A DNA stretch of 43,894 nucleotides, taken from NCBI GenBank assembly GCA_044360245.1, contig JBIKKU010000002.1, positions 1-43,894 on the forward strand, given 5' to 3'. The stretch is from Flavobacteriales bacterium (GTDB taxonomy: Bacteria > Bacteroidota > Bacteroidia > Flavobacteriales_D > UBA2798). The notes below the pieces were generated by a model. The model was given only the letters and a program-made list of their open reading frames with translations. It was not told the origin of the DNA and searched no databases. This document shows positions 27,452 through 40,125 of the stretch, piece by piece. Each line of letters opens with the position of its first letter. Position 1 is the stretch's first letter. Both the position numbers and the translations under genes were made by a program.

Positions 27452-28684
27452 ATTGCGATTCTGAAAACGGCATTTTTCATAGCAAAGCGTTACCTCTTTT
27501 CCAAGAAGTCCACAAATGTCATCAACATCATTTCCGGGATTTCTGTGGGTGGCATTGCCATTTCCGTGGCCGCCATGATCATTATTCTTTCGGCAATCAA
27601 CGGATTGGAAGGACTTGTGGAAACCTTGTCTTCCAAAATTGACGCAGACATTCGCATTACTCCCGTTAAAGGAAAAACGTTCGACGGAAAAACTTTTCCA
27701 TTTGAAAAAGTGCGTCAAACACAAGGTGTAGAACATTTATCTCCGGTCGTTGAAGAATTGTGCATTGTAAAATACAACGAACGTTTTGTGCATGCTTTGC
27801 TGAAAGGAGTTGAGGACGAATATTTATTGGTTTCGGATGTTGGTCAGCACATGGAAGACGGAAGTGTGAAAGTGCGCGAAGGTGATTTTTATTTTTGCAG
27901 CATGGATGTGGAAGTAGCTGCAGCGCTTGAGTTGTACGTGAATCCTCGTCCCGGTGAATTCGAAAATGTCACCTTGTTTGCTCCGGTGCGCGCAAAAAAA
28001 TTCAAAGTCAATTCCACACCCTTCAACAAACAAACCATTTTTCTTTCGGGTGTTTTCAATGTGAATTCGGATGATGAATTAAAACCTGTGGTGGTTGCGC
28101 GGGAATTGGCAGCTTCGATGCTGGAGTATGGAGATGAGGTTTCTGCTATCGAAATGTCGCTGAAAACAGATGCAGATCCCGATCTGGTACGCACAGATTT
28201 GATGAAGATTTTAGGAGATGGTTTTGAGGTAAAAACGCGTTACATGCAAAATGAAATGCTTTACAAAGTCAGTCAATCGGAGAAATTCTTTGTTCTTGCC
28301 ATGCTCACTTTTGTATTGATGTTAACAGCATTCAACATCCTTGCATCGCTTACCATGTTGGTAATCGACAAGAAAAAAGATATTTCTGTTTTGCGGAGTA
28401 TGGGAGCAAACAATGCTTTTATCCGAACGATATTTTTCAGCGAGGGAATACTCATTAATCTTTTCGGTGCGCTTATTGGACTGGTGATTGGCGGAGGTGT
28501 GGTGTTGCTGCAAATTTTTTTCCATCTCATTCCATTGGAAGATTCGGTGATAGAATATTATCCGGTGGCTTTGAAAGCGAGTGATTTTGTTTGGATTTTC
28601 GCCATTGTTTTTGCGGTCGGTGCGGTATGCTCCTATTTTCCTGTGCGCTACCTCGTACGTCGTCATCTTCATTCATCGCTCTAA
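27452..28684 (+). CDS. FtsX-like ABC transporter permease (LolC/E-like); start codon unresolved
   Basis: C-terminal FtsX domain. The family-typical N-terminus FFIAKRYLFSKKSTNVINIISGISV is encoded at 27473-27547, upstream of the first canonical start (GTG 27545). The frame is open from 27452. Confidence 0.75.
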   Translation: MAILKTAFFIAKRYLFSKKSTNVINIISGISVGGIAISVAAMIIILSAINGLEGLVETLSSKIDADIRITPVKGKTFDGKTFPFEKVRQTQGVEHLSPVVEELCIVKYNERFVHALLKGVEDEYLLVSDVGQHMEDGSVKVREGDFYFCSMDVEVAAALELYVNPRPGEFENVTLFAPVRAKKFKVNSTPFNKQTIFLSGVFNVNSDDELKPVVVARELAASMLEYGDEVSAIEMSLKTDADPDLVRTDLMKILGDGFEVKTRYMQNEMLYKVSQSEKFFVLAMLTFVLMLTAFNILASLTMLVIDKKKDISVLRSMGANNAFIRTIFFSEGILINLFGALIGLVIGGGVVLLQIFFHLIPLEDSVIEYYPVALKASDFVWIFAIVFAVGAVCSYFPVRYLVRRHLHSSL

Positions 28685-28702
28685 TTTCCCTAACTTTATC
28701 GA

Positions 28703-30520
28703 ATGAAAACCTTTTTCATTGCGCTTCGCTACACCAGAGGATACGGCTTTTATGCTGCAATGAACATTGTGTTCAATATTCTGTCGGCGGTTTTTAATTT
28801 GCTGTCGCTGGTACTTTTCATCCCCTTTTTAAAACTCATTTTTACTCCTGTTGAAGGAGTTGCGGCCACCAAATCCAATTCGGGTTTCGACTTGAATGCT
28901 TATTTCGATGGTTTCATGCAACAACTGATTCTGGACCACGGAAAAGTTGGAGCATTGTTTTACATCTGCATCATTATTTTATGCTTGTTCTTTTTGAAGA
29001 ATGTCACCCGCTATCTTGCGATGTATTTTCTTGCTGTTATCCGTAACGGTGTTGTGCGTGACATCCGCAATCAATTGTTCGACAAACTCCTCGCGCTTCC
29101 ATTGGGATATTATTCCGAAGAACGCAAAGGCGATTTGCTCACCCGTGTAGGAAGTGATGTTTACGAAATTGAACTTTCGGTAATGAGCACGCTTGAACTC
29201 ATTTTCAGGGAACCATTTACCATTCTCATTTTTCTTGGATCGATGATCTTGATCAGTCCTTCGCTCACCATGATTTCCTTGGTATTGATGCCTTTGAGTG
29301 CTCTGGTCATCGGAAGGGTTGGAAAAAGTTTGAAAAGGACTTCAAAAAAGGGACAAGCAAAACTTGGTGAAGTAATGGCCGCAGTCGAAGAAACCTTGGG
29401 AGGTTTGCGCATCATTAAATCTTTCACTGCAGAAAATGAAGTGCGCGAACATTTCCGAAAACAAAACGACGACTTTACACGACTGAGCACACGTCTCTAC
29501 CGCAAGCGCGATTTGGCATCTCCTTTATCCGAATTTTTGGGAAGTATTGTCATGATTGCCATGGTATGGTTTGGCGGAAAAATGATTTTGCAAGGCGAAG
29601 GCGCTGCATTGGAAGGCGAAGACTTCATCACTTTTATCATTGTTTTTTCGCAGTTGTTGCGACCCATTCAAGGCATTGCATCAGCCAATTCCAATATCAA
29701 CAAAGGACTGGCATCTATTGATCGTGTGAACCACATTTTGCATGCAGAAGATAAAATCACTGAAAAAGAAAATGCACTAACTGTATCCGGATTTGAACGA
29801 GATATTGTTTTTCGTGATGTATCATTTTCCTATACCGATCGTAGCGTTTTGCAAGACGTTTCCTTCACGATTCAAAAAGGCAAAACCATTGCATTGGTTG
29901 GTCAGTCAGGCTCAGGGAAATCCACCATTGCCGATTTGCTTCCGCGTTTTTATGATGTGAAAGAAGGCGCAATTTTGATCGATGGAAAAGACCTGCGCGA
30001 TTTGAAATTACGCGACCTGCGCAAATTGTTGGGCATGGTTTCGCAAGAATCGATTTTGTTCAACGAAAGTGTTTTACACAATATTGCATTAGGTGATCCG
30101 CAACCCGATCGTGCAAAAGCCATTGAAGCAGCGCGTATTGCCAATGCGCTCGAGTTTATTGAAAAACTGGAAGGCGGACTCGATGCCAATATCGGCGAAC
30201 GCGGTGGAAAATTATCGGGCGGACAACGTCAACGTTTGGCCATTGCAAGAGCAGTGTATAAAAATCCGCCGGTGCTTATCCTCGACGAAGCAACTTCTGC
30301 ATTAGATACTGAATCGGAGCGTTTGGTGCAAGATGCTTTAAACAAACTGATGCAAAACAGAACTACTTTGGTGATTGCTCATCGTTTGTCCACCATACAA
30401 CATGCCGATGAAATTTTGGTATTGCAGGAAGGCAAAATAATTGAACGTGGAAATCACAATTCGCTTTATAGTGCCAATGGTGTTTACCGGAAGCTTTGTG
30501 ATATGCAATCGTTCGTTTAA
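28703..30520 (+). CDS. ABC exporter, fused TMD-NBD (MsbA-like)
   Basis: Six-TM domain followed by Walker A GQSGSGKST, signature LSGGQRQR and Walker B LILDEATSALD. Confidence 0.9.
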   Translation: MKTFFIALRYTRGYGFYAAMNIVFNILSAVFNLLSLVLFIPFLKLIFTPVEGVAATKSNSGFDLNAYFDGFMQQLILDHGKVGALFYICIIILCLFFLKNVTRYLAMYFLAVIRNGVVRDIRNQLFDKLLALPLGYYSEERKGDLLTRVGSDVYEIELSVMSTLELIFREPFTILIFLGSMILISPSLTMISLVLMPLSALVIGRVGKSLKRTSKKGQAKLGEVMAAVEETLGGLRIIKSFTAENEVREHFRKQNDDFTRLSTRLYRKRDLASPLSEFLGSIVMIAMVWFGGKMILQGEGAALEGEDFITFIIVFSQLLRPIQGIASANSNINKGLASIDRVNHILHAEDKITEKENALTVSGFERDIVFRDVSFSYTDRSVLQDVSFTIQKGKTIALVGQSGSGKSTIADLLPRFYDVKEGAILIDGKDLRDLKLRDLRKLLGMVSQESILFNESVLHNIALGDPQPDRAKAIEAARIANALEFIEKLEGGLDANIGERGGKLSGGQRQRLAIARAVYKNPPVLILDEATSALDTESERLVQDALNKLMQNRTTLVIAHRLSTIQHADEILVLQEGKIIERGNHNSLYSANGVYRKLCDMQSFV

Positions 30521-30529
30521 TCGAAAAAT

Positions 30530-31156
30530 ATGTCGATACTGAATGAACTTTCTTCTTCCCTCGGAATAAGAGGAAATGAAGCAAATAAAGCAGTGGCCAA
30601 AAAATGCCTTGAGCATCCGGAATATTTAAAAGACTTACTGCCGGTTTTGTGTGGAAAAGACAAAAACATCGCTGCAGATGCTGCTGAGGTGATGACGGAA
30701 GTGAGCAATGTTCGCCCGGACTTGGTTGCGCCTTATGCGAAATATCTGGTTCAACTGGTGCATCATAAAAACAACCGTACCCGTTGGGAGGCTATGCATG
30801 CCATCGCTAATGTTGCCCATTTGCAGAAGGTCCTATTGCAAAGTTTGTTGCCCGATTTAGTAGATATCGTTGAAAAAGATGCAAGCATTATTGTGCGCGA
30901 TTATGCCGTTGATGCGGTTTCCGGATTTGCTTCTTGTGATGCTTCAACTGCAAAAGAAGCTTTTCCTGTGTTACTGCAATTGTTGCGTGCACAAGAAGAA
31001 CGTCATGCAGGCAGAGCGCTCGAAGGATTGATTCGTGTGGTTGCACTTCAACCGGGATTTAAAAAACAAGTTGCACCGATTGCAGAGGAATTCTCTCAAA
31101 ATAAAAAAGCCGCTGTGGCCAAACTCGGAAAAAAGCTATTGAAAAATTGTCAGTGA
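30530..31156 (+). CDS. Hypothetical all-helical protein (HEAT/armadillo-like repeats)
   Basis: Repeated helical hairpin pattern. No signal peptide. No catalytic motif recognised. Confidence 0.5.
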   Translation: MSILNELSSSLGIRGNEANKAVAKKCLEHPEYLKDLLPVLCGKDKNIAADAAEVMTEVSNVRPDLVAPYAKYLVQLVHHKNNRTRWEAMHAIANVAHLQKVLLQSLLPDLVDIVEKDASIIVRDYAVDAVSGFASCDASTAKEAFPVLLQLLRAQEERHAGRALEGLIRVVALQPGFKKQVAPIAEEFSQNKKAAVAKLGKKLLKNCQ

Positions 31157-31749
31157 CAATTGCATGCGGGGTCCATATGCACTTTGGCATGTGGCACTAA
31201 TGCGCGAATTCGGTCCTGTTCTTTTTGGTTGAACTGAATGTTCCGCAAATCAAGCTCTTTGAGGGCTTTCAGGTTTTTTAATTCATCGGGAATGATAAAC
31301 AAATTGTTGTCCCACAAATCAAGGTATTCCAGGTTAACAAGTTTTCCGATTTCTTTGGGAATGACTTCTATTTCATTCTGATTCATGATCAAGGCACGCA
31401 ACTCCGTAAGTTGACCGATGCTTGTGGGAATGTCATGTATTTTATTGCGCGACAGATTTAGGATACGCAGGTGTTTGAGGTTTCCGATTTCATCGGGAAT
31501 CACTTTGATTTTGTTTCTGCTCAGATCCAAAGCCATCAGATTTTTGAACTTCAGAATTTCCATGGGGAATTCGGTAAGGTCCTGTTTGCTGAGTTTTAGC
31601 TTGTAAACCTGATCCGGATTTTTGAGGGCTGATTCTAACGATGTATAAGTTTTCATAGAATCTAGTGCCGATGGATCTATAGGTTGAGCCTGACTCAGGC
31701 TTGCGCTAAAAATCAGAACCAACAGGAAAAACAAAAAATTCTTCATCAT
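31150..31749 (-). CDS. Secreted leucine-rich-repeat protein
   Basis: Signal peptide, then about six 23-aa LxxLxLxxNxIxxIPxxIGxL repeats. ATGA overlap with the ribF stop. Confidence 0.8.
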   Translation of the reverse strand: MMKNFLFFLLVLIFSASLSQAQPIDPSALDSMKTYTSLESALKNPDQVYKLKLSKQDLTEFPMEILKFKNLMALDLSRNKIKVIPDEIGNLKHLRILNLSRNKIHDIPTSIGQLTELRALIMNQNEIEVIPKEIGKLVNLEYLDLWDNNLFIIPDELKNLKALKELDLRNIQFNQKEQDRIRALVPHAKVHMDPACNCH

Positions 31750-32681
31750 GCTAATAGCTTTTGAGCATTCATTTTATCGCTGTGCAATTGTGCTTTCAAC
31801 GCCTCCAGTCCGGCAAACTTTTGCTCATCACGGAGTTTTTCTATGCATTCAATACGAATCACTTCGTTGTATAGGTTTTCATTGAAATCAAACAAATGCA
31901 CCTCTACCGATTTTTCTTCAGGGTGTAACGCATTAACGGTGGGTTTATTACCAATGTTCATCATCCCTCCAAAAACCTTGCCTTTGTAATAAGCCTTAAC
32001 CGCATAAACGCCATCGCCGGGGATTAATTTGTGACGATCGGACAATTGCAGATTGGCGGTTGGGTATCCGATGGTTCTTCCGATTTGTTTGCCTTGCACT
32101 ACCAATCCGCTAAACCCGTATTGGTAACCCAGGTATTTCGCAGCAGTTTTGGTATCGCCTTCTTTGAGGGATTGTCGGATTTTGGTTGAACTTATGTTGA
32201 CATCATCAATCATTCTTGCTTCAATTTCTTCAACTTCAAAATGAAACAATGGAGCCATTTCTCGTAGTTGGGTAATGGAACCTTCGCGGTTGCGTCCGAA
32301 TTGGTGGTCATATCCAATCACGAGGCGATGAATGTGGAGTTGATTTACGAGGATGTCGCGTACGTATTCCAATGCTGTCAAACGGGAAAATGCCTTGGTG
32401 AAGGGAAACACAATGAGGTGGTCGACCCCTGCTTTTTCGAGCAATTCAATTTTTTCGCTTTGCGTACTGAGTAATTTCAGATTGGTATCATCCGGAAACA
32501 AAACCATCCTGGGGTGTGGGTAAAAGGTAAACACCACGGTTTCCCCATTGGTTTGCTGGGCGATTTCCTTGAGGCGGGAAATAATGGATAAATGTCCGCT
32601 ATGCACCCCATCAAAGGTACCTGTGGTGATGACGGGTCGCCGGACTTCGCGGAAACTTTCGGGGCTGGTGTGAACTTTCAC
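31746..32681 (-). CDS. ribF: Bifunctional riboflavin kinase / FMN adenylyltransferase
   Basis: TGTFDGVHSGH N-terminus. C-terminal riboflavin kinase GYPTANL...VEVHLFDF. Confidence 0.9.
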   Translation of the reverse strand: MKVHTSPESFREVRRPVITTGTFDGVHSGHLSIISRLKEIAQQTNGETVVFTFYPHPRMVLFPDDTNLKLLSTQSEKIELLEKAGVDHLIVFPFTKAFSRLTALEYVRDILVNQLHIHRLVIGYDHQFGRNREGSITQLREMAPLFHFEVEEIEARMIDDVNISSTKIRQSLKEGDTKTAAKYLGYQYGFSGLVVQGKQIGRTIGYPTANLQLSDRHKLIPGDGVYAVKAYYKGKVFGGMMNIGNKPTVNALHPEEKSVEVHLFDFNENLYNEVIRIECIEKLRDEQKFAGLEALKAQLHSDKMNAQKLLA

Positions 32682-32717
32682 GTTGTTTTTCGATGAAGCC
32701 CTTGTTTTTCAGGCTGA

Positions 32718-34343
<1,626 letters not shown>

Positions 34344-34393
34344 TAGGTAACAAGGCTCGAATCGTTTGCGGTTCAGCATAAAAACAAACGGCT

Positions 34394-34627
34394 ATGCAAG
34401 TAGAAATTTTATCTCCCGACACCAACCTTTATTCCGGAGTTGCCAATTCGGTTGTGCTTCCCGGAAAAGATGGTTCGCTTGGTATTCTCGAAAACCACGC
34501 CCCTTTGATTTCCATCCTCAAAAAGGGTACAATTCGTTTGGGTAGTGCTGAAGGAGAGAAAACCTTCGAAGTAAATGGCGGTGTCGTAGAAGTCAATAAC
34601 AACAAAGTCATCATTCTCGCCGAATGA
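34394..34627 (+). CDS. atpC: F-type ATP synthase epsilon subunit, short form (77 aa)
   Basis: Only the beta-sandwich N-terminal domain is present (LENHAPLIS, GGVVEV). Confidence 0.85.
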   Translation: MQVEILSPDTNLYSGVANSVVLPGKDGSLGILENHAPLISILKKGTIRLGSAEGEKTFEVNGGVVEVNNNKVIILAE

Positions 34628-34648
34628 TGCTCAAATACTGAAAAGAAG

Positions 34649-34676
34649 CCCCGGAATGACCTTCCGGGGTTTTTTG
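34649..34676 (+). terminator. Rho-independent terminator after atpC
   Basis: ccccggaa-tgacc-ttccgggg followed by tttttgtttg. Confidence 0.8.
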
Positions 34677-34735
34677 TTTGCGGTCTGTTGAAGCAACCTG
34701 CATTTCACTAACTTTGAAAGACAAATCCTTATAGT

Positions 34736-35569
34736 ATGAAATCATTTCGCGCTTTCCTTTTTGCAGGAATTTCTTTTAGTCTTTTGCTTAGTTCATGCGG
34801 GTCGGAACCCGTGAAAGTGGAAGAGAAAGTAGTCGTTAAAACCGACACGGTGGTTGTAACCGAATCAGCGCCGAAAGATTCTTTTATGGTTTTCGGACAT
34901 CTTGAATTTCCTTCGCTGGATGGTTTAACCATTTCCGCATCAAGTTTCGAAATGATTCCTTCGGAACAATACATCGTGCTTTGTCACCAAGCCGGTTATA
35001 GCCGTGGAGAATACCGTGAGATTGCACGCGAACTCAACAAGTTAGGGTACAATTGTTTGGCCATCGATCAGCGTTCGGGTAAAGAATGCAACGATATGAT
35101 CAATGAAACTGCACACCGTGCCAATAAAGAAAAAAAGAAAACAGACTATATGGATGCTGAACAAGACATTATCGCTGCAGTAGATTTTGTTTTCAATAAA
35201 ACACAAAAGCCGGTGATCCTTTGGGGCTCTTCTTATTCAGCTTCACTTGCACTGAAAATTGCCAAAGGAAACGATAAAGTAAAAGCTGTTGTTGCCTTCT
35301 CACCAGGTGAATATCTGAAAGGAACAAAAGTGACTGAACTTGCTGCAGCACTTGATAAACCAGTGTTTGCCACAGGTGCAAAAAAAGAGATGAAAGACAT
35401 TGAAACGCTTTTTACAGGAACAGCGGCCGATAAAAAAACCATTTTCTCACCTGCAGGTGAAGGTATTCATGGTTCATCTGCCTTGTGGACATCCACCGAA
35501 AACAATGCAGAATATTGGGATGCCGTGAAAGCGTTTTTATCTGCGCAGACTACTCCGGCAGTGCAGTAA
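34736..35569 (+). CDS. Lipoprotein with an alpha/beta-hydrolase-like fold (putative)
   Basis: Lipobox LLSSC. A nucleophile-elbow-like WGSSYSAS. Overall resembles the dienelactone-hydrolase or serine-aminopeptidase arrangement. Confidence 0.55.
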   Translation: MKSFRAFLFAGISFSLLLSSCGSEPVKVEEKVVVKTDTVVVTESAPKDSFMVFGHLEFPSLDGLTISASSFEMIPSEQYIVLCHQAGYSRGEYREIARELNKLGYNCLAIDQRSGKECNDMINETAHRANKEKKKTDYMDAEQDIIAAVDFVFNKTQKPVILWGSSYSASLALKIAKGNDKVKAVVAFSPGEYLKGTKVTELAAALDKPVFATGAKKEMKDIETLFTGTAADKKTIFSPAGEGIHGSSALWTSTENNAEYWDAVKAFLSAQTTPAVQ

Positions 35570-35573
35570 TGTA

Positions 35574-36041
35574 ATGACATTCCGAAATGCCATACACGTG
35601 CTTTTTATAGCCTTGTATGGCATTTTTCTTTTGTTGATCATTTACATGGCATGGAAAGTCGTTGTCCTTCGTCATGAAGCCAATGGAGGTTCAAGTTTAG
35701 GTTTCGAAACTTTTGGATATGCTGTAATGACGGGCAGAATGGCAGTATATTCCATGTTGATTTTCCCCCTTTTTGCCGCGCGGCAATATTTCCAATTGTA
35801 TACATCCATTCATCAAAAATCGCGGTGGATAGCCCTATCGCTTTTGTTGTTTTCGGTGATGTTTTGGATTTGGAGTGTGCAGTTGTTTCTTTCCCCTTCA
35901 CACATCAGTTTTGATGAAGTGTTTTTTGCCTGGATCGCTTATGCTGTTATCGGCATGGTCTGTGAAATCTATGTTGCACGTCACGGCAGAAAACACCCGA
36001 AAATTTCCGACTCCGATATTTTGGATCATTTACCGGATTGA
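35574..36041 (+). CDS. Hypothetical 4-TM membrane protein
   Basis: Four hydrophobic helices. It starts 4 nt after the upstream gene. Its 3' end overlaps the convergent tsaB by 16 nt. Confidence 0.6.
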   Translation: MTFRNAIHVLFIALYGIFLLLIIYMAWKVVVLRHEANGGSSLGFETFGYAVMTGRMAVYSMLIFPLFAARQYFQLYTSIHQKSRWIALSLLLFSVMFWIWSVQLFLSPSHISFDEVFFAWIAYAVIGMVCEIYVARHGRKHPKISDSDILDHLPD

Positions 36042-36712
36042 GTACCGACAAATTCCTTCAGGTAAAAAGGCTCAAAATAGGCCAGGTTTTCTACTTCGTT
36101 TTTTAACCATTTTGCATAGGCTAATGAGCCCATGTGGCGAGCATCAGGATGGATGTTTTCCAAATACCTGAAATTGGGATGTGAACCAAGAAGGTCAACA
36201 CTTTTTGCGGCGCCATCACCAAAAAAACAACATACACCACTACTCAGATGATCTGCAAAAGAAGCATTGTCGAGGATTTTGGCTTCGAATGCATTCACCT
36301 GTACCAAATCGCTATTGTAAATGGTCGTGTAAACTTCCATGCGACGGGCATCGATCATGGGCATGTAAAAATCAGCATTAGGCATTTGGATTTTAGCCTC
36401 TTTGCTGAGCAGAAGCAACGTATCAATGGCAATGAAGGGAAGGTCTAAGGCGTAGGCTAAACCTTTTGCTGCACTTACACCAATGCGCAATCCGGTGTAG
36501 GATCCGGGACCGCGACTAATGGCAATGGCACCGAGTTCGGAGTATTGGAGCTTTGCTTCTTTCATCAATTCATCCAACAAGGGATGCAATCGTTCTGCAT
36601 GCCTGAATTCTTCCGGAATCTCCAAACGATGGGCGAGAAGCTCTGTGCCTCTGAATAAAGCAATAGAACAAGCTTTGGTGGAAGTTTCGATGCAGACAAT
36701 GGGCTTTTCCAT
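36026..36712 (-). CDS. tsaB: tRNA t6A37 biosynthesis protein TsaB
   Basis: IVCIETSTKACSIAL start and GPGSYTGLRIGVS motif. Confidence 0.85.
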   Translation of the reverse strand: MEKPIVCIETSTKACSIALFRGTELLAHRLEIPEEFRHAERLHPLLDELMKEAKLQYSELGAIAISRGPGSYTGLRIGVSAAKGLAYALDLPFIAIDTLLLLSKEAKIQMPNADFYMPMIDARRMEVYTTIYNSDLVQVNAFEAKILDNASFADHLSSGVCCFFGDGAAKSVDLLGSHPNFRYLENIHPDARHMGSLAYAKWLKNEVENLAYFEPFYLKEFVGTQSGK

Positions 36713-36775
36713 ACTCACCGCAAAGAAAGGGATTTTTAACCGTTTCAGGCAACCCGAATCGGGGCTCTCGTCTTA

Positions 36776-37318
36776 ATGAAAAGAACACTACGCTTGAAAA
36801 CAACGGGAAATTATGTTGAAGAGTGGTTTCTGGATGCCGATCGCGCTTTCGAGGAAGGTAATCTGGCAGAAGGAAAACGCATGCTGGAGGATATCCTTCG
36901 TGAGGAGCCTTCTTTTGGAAAAGCACATAACCATTTGGGTTGGCTGTATAAAACCAAATACATGGATTTTCGCCAGGCGGAAAAACACTTTAAACTGGCT
37001 TTGAAGTTTGAGCCTGAGTATCCCGCTACCTATTTAAATTACGCTTACCTGCTCAGAGATTTGGGTCGACTCAACGATTTGGAAGAGTTATTGTCGCGCG
37101 CCCTAAAAATGGAATCGACCATTAAATTTAAAGTGTACGACGAGTATGGCTCTTTGCATGAACTACGCGGAAACTACACGAAAGCCATTCATTACTATAA
37201 ACTGGCCATTAGTTTGTGTTTGAATGATTCAGCCATTGCGGAGTTACGTAACCACATCAAGCGTTGCCGCAAAAAGCGTGGATTCCCTGCGCGTTTGCTG
37301 AATATTTTCAAGAGGTAA
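36776..37318 (+). CDS. Cytoplasmic tetratricopeptide-repeat protein
   Basis: Three to four TPR-like 34-aa units (for example GKAHNHLGWLYKTKYMDFRQAEKHFKLALKFEPEY). Confidence 0.75.
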   Translation: MKRTLRLKTTGNYVEEWFLDADRAFEEGNLAEGKRMLEDILREEPSFGKAHNHLGWLYKTKYMDFRQAEKHFKLALKFEPEYPATYLNYAYLLRDLGRLNDLEELLSRALKMESTIKFKVYDEYGSLHELRGNYTKAIHYYKLAISLCLNDSAIAELRNHIKRCRKKRGFPARLLNIFKR

Positions 37319-37344
37319 GGCATTCAATATTTATATTTGGACAA

Positions 37345-38433
37345 ATGCCTGTTGTCCGCATCCTCTTTTTTTTCATCCTTTTTTCTTTTGCAAAGTATTC
37401 CTCTGCAATAGATACTGCGCGGATTCAAGTTGCCTTGATTATCGATGTGAGTACCAGCATGAATGGTTTGATCGATCAGGCGAAATCGCAATTCTGGAAC
37501 ATCAGCAATCAATTGCAGACACTACAAAAAAAGAACCATGCAGTGCAATTGGAGTTTGCTTTGGCTACGGTTGGGAATGCTGCGTATTATGAGGACTACA
37601 GCGTGTTTCTTCACAACGGATTTGTTTCGGATGCCGATAGTGTTTTTGAAAATTTATTGTCCTTAAAAACCTCAGGCTCGGATGAAAATTTTGGTTTTGC
37701 GATTCAGGTATTTTTAAAACATTTGAAATGGTCCGTAAAAAAATCGGATTTGCGACTCATTTTTGTCGCGGGTAACGAAGAATTCAATCAAGGTCCTGTC
37801 CCTTATCTTGGCATTATTCACGATGCTGCAAAAAAGGGAATAATAGTCAACACTATTTTTTGCGGACAACACCAACAAGGAATCGAGCTCCTTTGGAAAA
37901 GCGCAGCCAGAGAAGGTAAAGGGGAATACCATGCCATATTTCAGGATTCGGTTTCACCTGCAATAAGCACACCTTTTGATGCAAAACTGCGTGAATTGAA
38001 CAACCAGTTAAATACGACCTATGTTCCTTTCGGGCAGGAAGGAAACTTGCAATTGGAACGGATGGTACGTTTTGATCAGCATGCAGAAATGTTAGGTGGT
38101 ATGATGTTGTGCAATCGTTTACAGTTCAAATGCAACGCATCTTTTTTTCATCCTGCATGGGATTATATTGATGCCTGTCGTGATAATCCTGAATTTATCA
38201 AACAATCTTCCGACCTGGAACTACCGCCATTGCTCAAAGGCATGAATGAAGAAGAGCGCATGACATTCGTTAGAAAAAAAAGTGAACAGCGCGGAATGTA
38301 CCGTGATGCTATTCAAACCTATACGGAACGGATGAAGGAATTTTTTCCTGCACAAAGCAACCGTTTGTTGCATGAAGTGATGTGGATGACCATTTTGGAT
38401 CAAGCACGAAAAAAAGGCTTTACCGAAAAATAA
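37345..38433 (+). CDS. Secreted von Willebrand factor type A domain protein with an all-helical C-terminal domain
   Basis: Start at MPVVRILFFFILFSFAKYSSA (signal peptide). MIDAS-like DVSTSM (DxSxS), then TSGSDE and FVAGNEEF. Confidence 0.75.
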   Translation: MPVVRILFFFILFSFAKYSSAIDTARIQVALIIDVSTSMNGLIDQAKSQFWNISNQLQTLQKKNHAVQLEFALATVGNAAYYEDYSVFLHNGFVSDADSVFENLLSLKTSGSDENFGFAIQVFLKHLKWSVKKSDLRLIFVAGNEEFNQGPVPYLGIIHDAAKKGIIVNTIFCGQHQQGIELLWKSAAREGKGEYHAIFQDSVSPAISTPFDAKLRELNNQLNTTYVPFGQEGNLQLERMVRFDQHAEMLGGMMLCNRLQFKCNASFFHPAWDYIDACRDNPEFIKQSSDLELPPLLKGMNEEERMTFVRKKSEQRGMYRDAIQTYTERMKEFFPAQSNRLLHEVMWMTILDQARKKGFTEK

Positions 38434-38462
38434 AAACCCCTCGCTTTCGACGAGGGGTTTTT
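38434..38462. terminator. Bidirectional Rho-independent terminator between the VWA gene and gdhA
   Basis: aaaaa-cccctcg-ctttcga-cgagggg-ttttt. The A and T tracts flank the stem, so it can serve both convergent genes. Confidence 0.7.
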
Positions 38463-38480
38463 GCATTTAAAAAGTATGGT

Positions 38481-39893
<1,413 letters not shown>

Positions 39894-39905
39894 TTATAAG
39901 GTGCT

Positions 39906-39913
39906 CAAATGTA
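39906..39913 (-). promoter_or_regulatory. Candidate -7 box for gdhA (TACATTTG on the minus strand)
   Basis: The plus strand reads caaatgta, which is TAnnTTTG on the minus strand, about 22 nt upstream of the ATG in an AT-rich 240-bp intergenic region. No clear -33 TTTG. Confidence 0.3.
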
Positions 39914-40125
39914 TATAATTTTTAAACTGATAAAACGAAAATCGTGAAAAGCATTTTTGCTATTAATATAATGATTTTCAATTCGTTACAAGGACAGCGA
40001 ATTTGTTTTCAGGGAAATTCGACCGATGTGCCCGTAACCCAAATGAGTTTTTTGCTTATGAAGATAAACAAGCCATTTTTCCGGTAAAGCATTGGAAAAA
40101 GGATTCATGATTCAAACGAAAAAAC

